From Ranitomeya imitator (lineage: Eukaryota), in NCBI RefSeq assembly GCF_032444005.1, contig NC_091291.1, forward strand, positions 4,154,001-4,218,000: 64,000 nucleotides of DNA. The letters run 5' to 3'. Of the stretch, positions 55,701 to 64,000 are shown in pieces (position 1 is the first letter of the stretch; every line of letters starts with the position of its first letter). The translations under genes and the position numbers were made by a program. The notes beneath the pieces were generated by a model, which made no database searches, had not been told where the DNA came from, and saw only the letters and a program-made list of their open reading frames with translations.

Positions 55701-58700
55701 CAGTGCCTCCATAATAACAGCCTCAGTGCCCCCAACATATCCACAGTGCCCCATAATAACAGCCTCAGTGCCCCCAACATATCCACAGTGCCCCATAATA
55801 ACAGCCTCAGTGCCCCCAACATATCCACAGTGCCCCATAATAACAGCCTCAGTGCCCCCAACATATCCACAGTGCCCCCATAATAACAGCCTCAGTGCCC
55901 CAACATATCCACAGTGCCCCCATAATAACAGCCTCAGTGCCCCCAACATATCCACAGTGCCCCCATAATAACAGCCTCAGAGCCCCCAACATATCCACAG
56001 TGCCCCATAATAACAGCCTCAGAGCCCCCAACATATCCACAGTGCCCCATAATAACAGCCTCAGTGCCCCCAACATATCCACAGTGCCCCATAATAACAG
56101 CCTCAGTGCCCCAACATATCCACAGTGCCTCCATAATAACAGCCTCAGTGCCCCCAACATATCCACAGTTCCCCATAATAACAGCCTCAGTGCCCCCAAC
56201 ATATCCACAGTGCCCCATAACAGCCTCAGTGCCCCCAACATATCCACAGTGCCTCCATAATAACAGCCTCAGTGCCCCCAACATATCCACAGTGCCCCAT
56301 AATAACAGCCTCAGTGCCCCCAACATATCCACAGTGCCCCCATAATAACAGCCTCAGTGCCCCCAACATATCCACAGTGCCCCATAATAACAGCCTCAGT
56401 GCCCCCAACATATCCACAGTGCCTCCATAATAACAGCCTCAGTGCCCCCAACATATCCACAGTGCCCCATAATAACAGCCTCAGTGCCCCAACATATCCA
56501 CAGTGCCTCCATAATAACAGCCTCAGTGCCCCCAACATATCCACAGTGCCCCATAATAACAGCCTCAGTGCCCCCAACATATCCACAGTGCCCCATAATA
56601 ACAGCCTCAGTGCCCCCAACATATCCACAGTGCCCCCATAATAACAGCCTCAGTGCCCCAACATATCCACAGTGCCCCCATAATAACAGCCTCAGTGCCC
56701 CCAACATATCCACAGTGCCCCCATAATAACAGCCTCAGAGCCCCCAACATATCCACAGTGCCCCATAATAACAGCCTCAGAGCCCCCAACATATCCACAG
56801 TGCCCCATAATAACAGCCTCAGTGCCCCCAACATATCCACAGTGCCCCATAATAACAGCCTCAGTGCCCCCAACATATCCACAGTGCCTCCATAATAACA
56901 GCCTCAGTGCCCCCAACATATCCACAGTGCCCCATAATAACAGCCTCAGTGCCCCCAACATATCCACAGTGCCCCCATAATAACAGCCTCAGAGCCCCCA
57001 ACATATCCACAGTGCCTCCATAATAACAGCCTCAGTGCCCCCAACATATCCACAGTGCCCCATAATAACAGCCTCAGAGCCCCCAACATATCCACAGTGC
57101 CCCATAATAACAGCCTCAGAGCCCCCAACATATCCACAGTGCCCCCATAATAACAGCCTCAGAGCCCCCAACATATCCACAGTGCCCCATAATAACAGCC
57201 TCAGAGCCCCCAACATATCCACAGTGCCCCATAATAACAGCCTCAGTGCCCCCAACATATCCACAGTGCCCCATAATAACAGCCTCAGAGCCCCCAACAT
57301 ATCCACAGTGCCCCCATAATAACAGCCTCAGAGCCCCCAACATATCCACAGTGCCCCATAATAACAGCCTCAGTGCCCCCAACATATCCACAGTGCCCCA
57401 TAATAACAGCCTCAGTGCCCCAACATATCCACAGTGCCCCATAATAACAGCCTCAGTGCCCCCAACATATCCACAGTGCCCCATAATAACAGCCTCAGTG
57501 CCCCAACATATCCACAGTGCCCCCATAATAACAGCCTCAGAGCCCCCAACATATCCACAGTGCCCCCATAATAACAGCCTCAGAGCCCCCAACATATCCA
57601 CAGTGCCCCATAATAACAGCCTCAGTGCCCCCAACATATCCACAGTGCCCCCATAATAACAGCCTCAGAGCCCCCAACATATCCACAGTGCCCCCATAAT
57701 AACAGCCTCAGTGCCCCAACATATCCACAGTGCCCCCATAATAACAGCCTCAGTGCCCCCATAATAACAGCCTCAGTGCCTCCATAATAACAGCCTCAGT
57801 GCCCCCAACATATCCACAGTGCCCCCATAATAACAGCCTCAGAGCCCCCAACATATCCACAGTGCCTCCATAATAACAGCCTCAGTGCCCCCAACATATC
57901 CACAGTGCCCCCATAATAACAGCCTCAGTGCCCCCATAATAACAGCCTCAGTGCCTCCATAATAACAGCCTCAGTGCCCCCAACATATCCACAGTGCCCC
58001 CATAATAACAGCCTCAGTGCACCAACATATCCACAGTGCCCCATAATAACAGCCTCAGTGCCCCCAACATATCCACAGTGCCCCCATAATAACAGCCTCA
58101 GTGCCCCCAACATATCCACAGTGCCCCATAATAACAGCCTCAGTGCCCCAACATATCCACAGTGCCCCATAATAACAGCCACAGTGCCCCCAACATATCC
58201 ACAGTGCCCCATAATAACAGCCTCAGTGCCCCAACATATCCACAGTGCCTCCATAATAACAGCCTCAGTGCCCCCAACATATCCACAGTGCCCCATAATA
58301 ACAGCCTCAGTGCCCCAACATATCCACAGTGCCTCCATAATAACAGCCTCAGTGCCCCCAACATATCCACAGTGCCCCATAATAACAGCCTCAGTGCCCC
58401 CAACATATCCACAGTGCCCCCATAATAACAGCCTCAGTGCCCCCAACATATCCACAGTGCCCCATAATAACAGCCTCAGTGCCCCCAACATATCCACAGT
58501 GCCCCATAATAACAGCCTCAGTGCCCCAACATATCCACAGTGCCCCCATAATAACAGCCTCAGTGCCCCCAACATATCCACAGTGCCCCATAATAACAGC
58601 CTCAGTGCCCCCAACATATCCACAGTGCCCCCATAATAACAGCCTCAGAGCCCCCAACATATCTACAGTGCCCCATAATAACAGCCTCAGTGCCCCCAAC

Positions 58701-61700
58701 ATATCCACAGTGCCCCATAATAACAGCCTCAGTGCCCCAACATATCCACAGTGCCCCCATAATAACAGCCTCAGTGCCCCCAACATATCCACAGTGCCCC
58801 CATAATAACAGCCTCAGTGCCCCCAACATATCCACAGTGCCCCATAATAACAGCCTCAGTGCCCCAACATATCCACAGTGCCCCCATAATAACAGCCTCA
58901 GTGCCCCCAACATATCCACAGTGCCCCCATAATAACAGCCTCAGTGCCCCCAACATATCCACAGTGCCCCATAATAACAGCCTCAGTGCCCCCAACATAT
59001 CCACAGTGCCTCCATAATAACAGCCTCAGTGCCCCCAACATATCCACAGTGCCCCCATAATAACAGCCTCAGTGCCCCCAACATATCCACAGTGCCCCCA
59101 TAATAACAGCCTCAGTGCCCCCAACATATCCACAGTGCCCCATAATAACAGCCTCAGTGCCCCCAACATATCCACAGTGCCCCATAATAACAGCCTCAGT
59201 GCCCCCAACATATCCACAGTGCCCCATAATAACAGCCTCAGTGCCCCCAACATATCCACAGTGCCCCATAATAACAGCCTCAGTGCCCCCAACATATCCA
59301 CAGTGCCCCCATAATAACAGCCTCAGTGCCCCAACATATCCACAGTGCCCCCATAATAACAGCCTCAGTGCCCCCAATATATCCACAGTGCCCCATAATA
59401 ACAGCCCCAGTGCCCCCAACATATCCACAGTGCCCCATAATAACAGCCTCAGTGCCCCCAACATATCCACAGTGCCCCCATAATAACAGCCTCAGTGCCC
59501 CAACATATCCAGTGCCCCCATAGTAACAGCCTCAGTGCCCCCAATATATCCACAGTGCCCCATAATAACAGCCTCAGTGCCCCCAACATATCCACAGTGC
59601 CCCATAATAACAGCCTCAGTGCCCCCAACATATCCACAGTGCCCCCATAATAACAGCCTCAGTGCCCCAACATATCCACAGTGCCCCCATAATAACAGCC
59701 TCAGTGCCCCCAACATATCCACAGTGCCCCATAATAACAGCCTCAGTGCCCCCAACATATCCACAGTGCCCCCATAATAACAGCCTCAGTGCCCCAACAT
59801 ATCCACAGTGCCCCCATAATAACAGCCTCAGTGCCCCCAACATATCCACAGTGCCCCCATAATAACAGCCTCAGTGCCCCCAACATATCCACAGTGCCCC
59901 ATTATAACAGCCTCAGTGCCCCCAACATATCCACAGTGCCCCATAATAACAGCCTCAGTGCCCCCAACATATCCACAGTGCCCCATAATAACAGCCTCAG
60001 TGCCCCCAACATATCCACAGTGCCCCATAATAACAGCCTCAGTGCCCCAACATATCCACAGTGCCCCCATAATAACAGCCTCAGTGCCCCCAACATATCC
60101 ACAGTGCCCCATAATAACAGCCTCAGTGCCCCCAACATATCCACAGTGCCCCCATAATAACAGCCTCAGTGCCCCAACATATCCACAGTGCCCCCATAAT
60201 AACAGCCTCAGTGCCCCCAACATATCCATAGTGCCCCCATAATAAGAGCCTCAGTGCCCCCATAATAAGAGCCTCAGTGCCCCCATAATAACAGCCTCAG
60301 TGCCCCCAACATATCCATAGTGCCCCCATAATAACAGCCTCAGTGCCCCCATAATAAGAGCCTCAGTGCCCCCATAATAACAGCCTCAGTGCCCCCAACA
60401 TATCCGCAGTGCCCCCATAATAACAGCCTCAGTGCCCCCAACATATCCACAGTGCCCCCATAATAACAGCCTCAGTGCCCCCAACATATCCACAGTGCCC
60501 CATAATAACAGCCTCAGTGCCCCCAACATATCCACAGTGCCCCCATAATAACAGCCTCAGTGCCCCCAACATATCCACAGTGCCCCATAATAACAGCCTC
60601 AGTGCCCCCAACATATCCACAGTGCCCCCATAATAACAGCCTCAGTGCCCCCAACATATCCACAGTGCCCCCATGATAACAGCCTCAGTGCCCCCAACAT
60701 ATCCACAGTGCCCCATAATAACAGCCTCAGTGCCCCCAACATATCCACAGTGCCCCATAATAACAGCCTCAGTGCCCCCAACATATCCACAGTGCCCCAA
60801 TGATAACAGCCTCAGTGCCCCCAACATATCCACAGTGCCCCATAATAACAGCCTCAGTGCCCCCAACATATCCACAGTGCCCCATAATAACAGCCTCAGT
60901 GCCCCAACATATCCACAGTGCCCCCATGATAACAGCCTCAGTGCCCCCAACATATCCACAGTGCCCCATAATAACAGCCTCAGTGCCCCCAACATATCCA
61001 CAGTGCCCCATAATAACAGCCTCAGTGCCCCAACATATCCACAGTGCCCCCATGATAACAGCCTCAGTGCCCCCAACATATCCACAGTGCCCCCATAATA
61101 ACAGCCTCAGTGCACCAACATATCCACAGTGCCCCATAACAGCCTCAGTGCCCCCAAAATATCCACAGTGCCCCATAACAGCCTCAGTGCCCCCAAAATA
61201 TCCACAGTGCCCCCATAATAACAGCCTCACTGCCCCCAACATGCCCACAGTGCCCCATAATAACAGCCTCAGTGCCCCCAACATATCCACAATGCCCCAT
61301 AATAACAGCCTCAGTGCCCCCAACATATCCACAATGCCCCATAACAGCCTCAGTGCCCCAACATATCCACAGTGCCCCCATAATAACAGCCTCAGTGCCC
61401 CCAACATATCCACAGTGCCCCCATAATAACAGCCTCAGTGCCCCCAACATATCCACAATGCCCCATAATAACAGCCTCAGTGCCCCCAACATATCCACAA
61501 TGCCCCATAACAGCCTCAGTGCCCCAACATATCCACAGTGCCCCCATAATAACAGCCTCAGTGCCCCCAACATATCCACAGTGCCCCATAATAACAGTCT
61601 CAGTGCCCCAACATATCCACAGTGCCCCCATAATAACAGCCTCAGTGCCCCAACATATCTACAGTGCCCCCATAATAACAGTCTCAGTGCCCCCAACATA

Positions 61701-64000
61701 TCCACAGTGCCCCATAATAACAGCCTCAGTGCCCCAACATATCCACACTGCCCCATAATAACAGCCTCAGTGCCCCAACATATCCACAGTGCCCCCATAA
61801 TAACAGCCTCAGTGCCCCAACATATCCACACTGCCCCATAATAACAGCCTCAGTGCCCCAACATATCTACAGTGCCCCATAATAACAGCCTCAGTGCCCC
61901 AACATATCCACAGTGCCCCATAATAACAGCCTCACTGCCCCCATGTCCACAGTGCCCCATAATAACAGCCTCAGTGCCCCAACATATACACAGTGCCCCC
62001 ATGATAACAGCCTCAGTGCCCCAACACATCCACAGTGCCCCATAATAACAGCCTCAGTGCCCCAACATATCCATAGTGCCCCATAATAACAGCCTCAGTG
62101 CCCCCAACATATCCACAGTGCCCCATAATAACAGCCTCAGTGCCCCAACATATCCACAGTGCCCCCATAATTTCAGCCTCAGTGCCCCAACATATCCACA
62201 GTGCCCCATAATAACAGCCTCAGTGCCCCAACATATCCACAGTGCCCCCATGATAACAGCCTCAGTGCCCCAACATATCCACAGTGCCCCATAATAACAG
62301 CCTCAGTGCCCCCAACATATCCACAGTGCCCCATAACAGCCTCAGTGCCCCAACATATCCACAGTGCCCCATAATAACAGCCTCAGTGCCCCCATAATAA
62401 CAGCCTCAGAGCCCCCAACATATCCACAGTGCCCCCATAATAACAGCCTCAGTGCCCCCAACATATCCACAGTGCCCCCATAATAACAGCCTCAGTGCCC
62501 CCAACATATCCACAGTGCCCCCATAATAACAGCCTCAGTGCCCCCAACATATCCACAGTGCCCCATAATAACAGCCTCAGTGTCCCCAACATATCCACAG
62601 TGCCCCCATAATAACAGCCTCAGTGCCCCCATAATAACAGCCTCAGTGCCCCCATAATAACAGCCTCAGTGCCCCCAACATATCCGCAGTGCCCCCATAA
62701 CAGCCTCAGTGCCCCCAACATATCCACAGTGCCCCATAATAACAGCCTCAGTGCCCCCAACATATCCACAGTGCCCCCATAATAACAGCCTCAGTGCCCC
62801 CAACATATCCACAGTGCCCCCATAATAACAGCCTCAGTGCCCCCATAATAACAGCCTCAGTGCCCCCATAATAACAGCCTCAGTGCCCCCAACATATCCG
62901 CAGTGCCCCCATAATAACAGCCTCAGTGCCCCCAACATATCCACAGTGCCCCCATAATAACAGCCTCAGTGCCCCCAACATATCCACAGTGCCCCATAAC
63001 AGCCTCAGTGCCCCCAACATATCCACAGTGCCCCATAATAACAGCCTCAGTGCCCCCAACATATCCACAGTGCCCCCATAATAACAGCCTCAGTGCCCCA
63101 ACATATCCACAGTGCCCCCATAATAACAGCCTCAGTGCCCCAACATATCCACAGTGCCCCCATGATAACAGCCTCAGTGCCCCCAACATATCCACAGTGC
63201 CCCCATAATAACAGCCTCAGTGCCCCCAACATATCCACAGTGCCCCATAATAACAGCCTCAGAGCCCCCAACATATCCACAGTGCCCCATAATAACAGCC
63301 TCAGTGCCCCCAAGATATCCACAGTGCCCCATATTAACAGCCTCAGTGCCTCCAACATATCCACAGTGCCCCCATAATAACAGCCTCAGTGCCCCCAAGA
63401 TATCCACAGTGCCCCATAATAACAGCCTCAGTGCCCCCAACATATCCACAGTGCCCCATAATAACAGCCACAGTGCCCCCAAGATATCCACAGTGCCCCA
63501 TATTAACAGCCTCAGTGCCCCCAACATATCCACAGTGCCCCATAATAACAGCCTCAGAGCCCCAACATATCCACAGTGCCCCATAATAACAGCCTCAGTG
63601 CCCCCAACATATCCACAGTGCCCCATAATAACAGCCTCAGTGCCCCCAAGATATCCACAGTGCCCCCATAATAACAGCCTCAGTGCCCCAACATATCCAC
63701 AGTGCCCCCATGATAACAGCCTCAGTGCCCCCAACATATCCACAGTGCCCCATAATAACAGCCTCAGTGCCCCCAACATATCCACAGTGCCCCATAATAA
63801 CAGCCTCAGTGCCCCCAACATATCCACAGTGCCCCATAATAACAGCCTGAGTGCCCGCAACATATCCATAGTGCCCCCATAATAACAGCCTCAGTGCACC
63901 CAACATATCCACAGTGCCCCCATAATAACAGCCTCAGTGCCCCCAACATATCCATAGTGCCCCCATAATAACAGCCTCAGTGCACCCAACATATCCACAG
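40781..64000 (+). repeat. 42/43-bp minisatellite (~545 copies), continuing past the right edge, with higher-order duplications
   Basis: Unit CCCCATAATAACAGCCTCAGTGCCCCCAACATATCCACAGTG; ORF-track entries recur at an exact offset of 10,479 bp. Confidence 0.99.

Noticed and set aside
40766-63912. Hundreds of MDMLGALRLLLW / MPPTYPQCP ORFs
   Set aside because: Translations of the satellite, broken by frequent poly-C frameshifts.
37325-64000. CTCF-like GGGGCAC in the 38-bp array (plus strand) and the 42/43-bp array (minus strand), and shared CACTGAGG/GGGGCAC words
   Set aside because: Only 10-11 of 14 positions match, with mismatches at the highly conserved CC or AG positions. The shared words are short and expected in such composition.

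Overview
Vertebrate genomic DNA, probably anuran (inferred from composition and repeat types, not proven). About 78% of the window is tandem minisatellite. Two syntenic genes lie on the minus strand. The whole FBXO42 coding region is present (9 coding exons, 35421->23310, 690 aa, all GT-AG junctions, phases consistent). About 4.6 kb downstream is coding exon 1 of CPLANE2/RSG1 (18702->18585). CPLANE2 intron 1 is filled by an array of at least 18.5 kb of a 52-bp repeat, and each monomer matches the CTCF core consensus plus a plausible upstream motif. FBXO42 introns carry 72/75-, 33-, 38- and 42/43-bp arrays, a 162-bp hAT MITE and a 1.1-kb insertion with a hammerhead-ribozyme-like motif. The 42/43-bp array contains an apparently identical 10,479-bp tandem duplication. 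The CPLANE2 upstream module occurs twice, 2198 bp apart. Almost all ORF-track entries are by-products of the repeats. The best leads are the tandem CTCF-site satellite and the G3:C8-swapped hammerhead-like motif.
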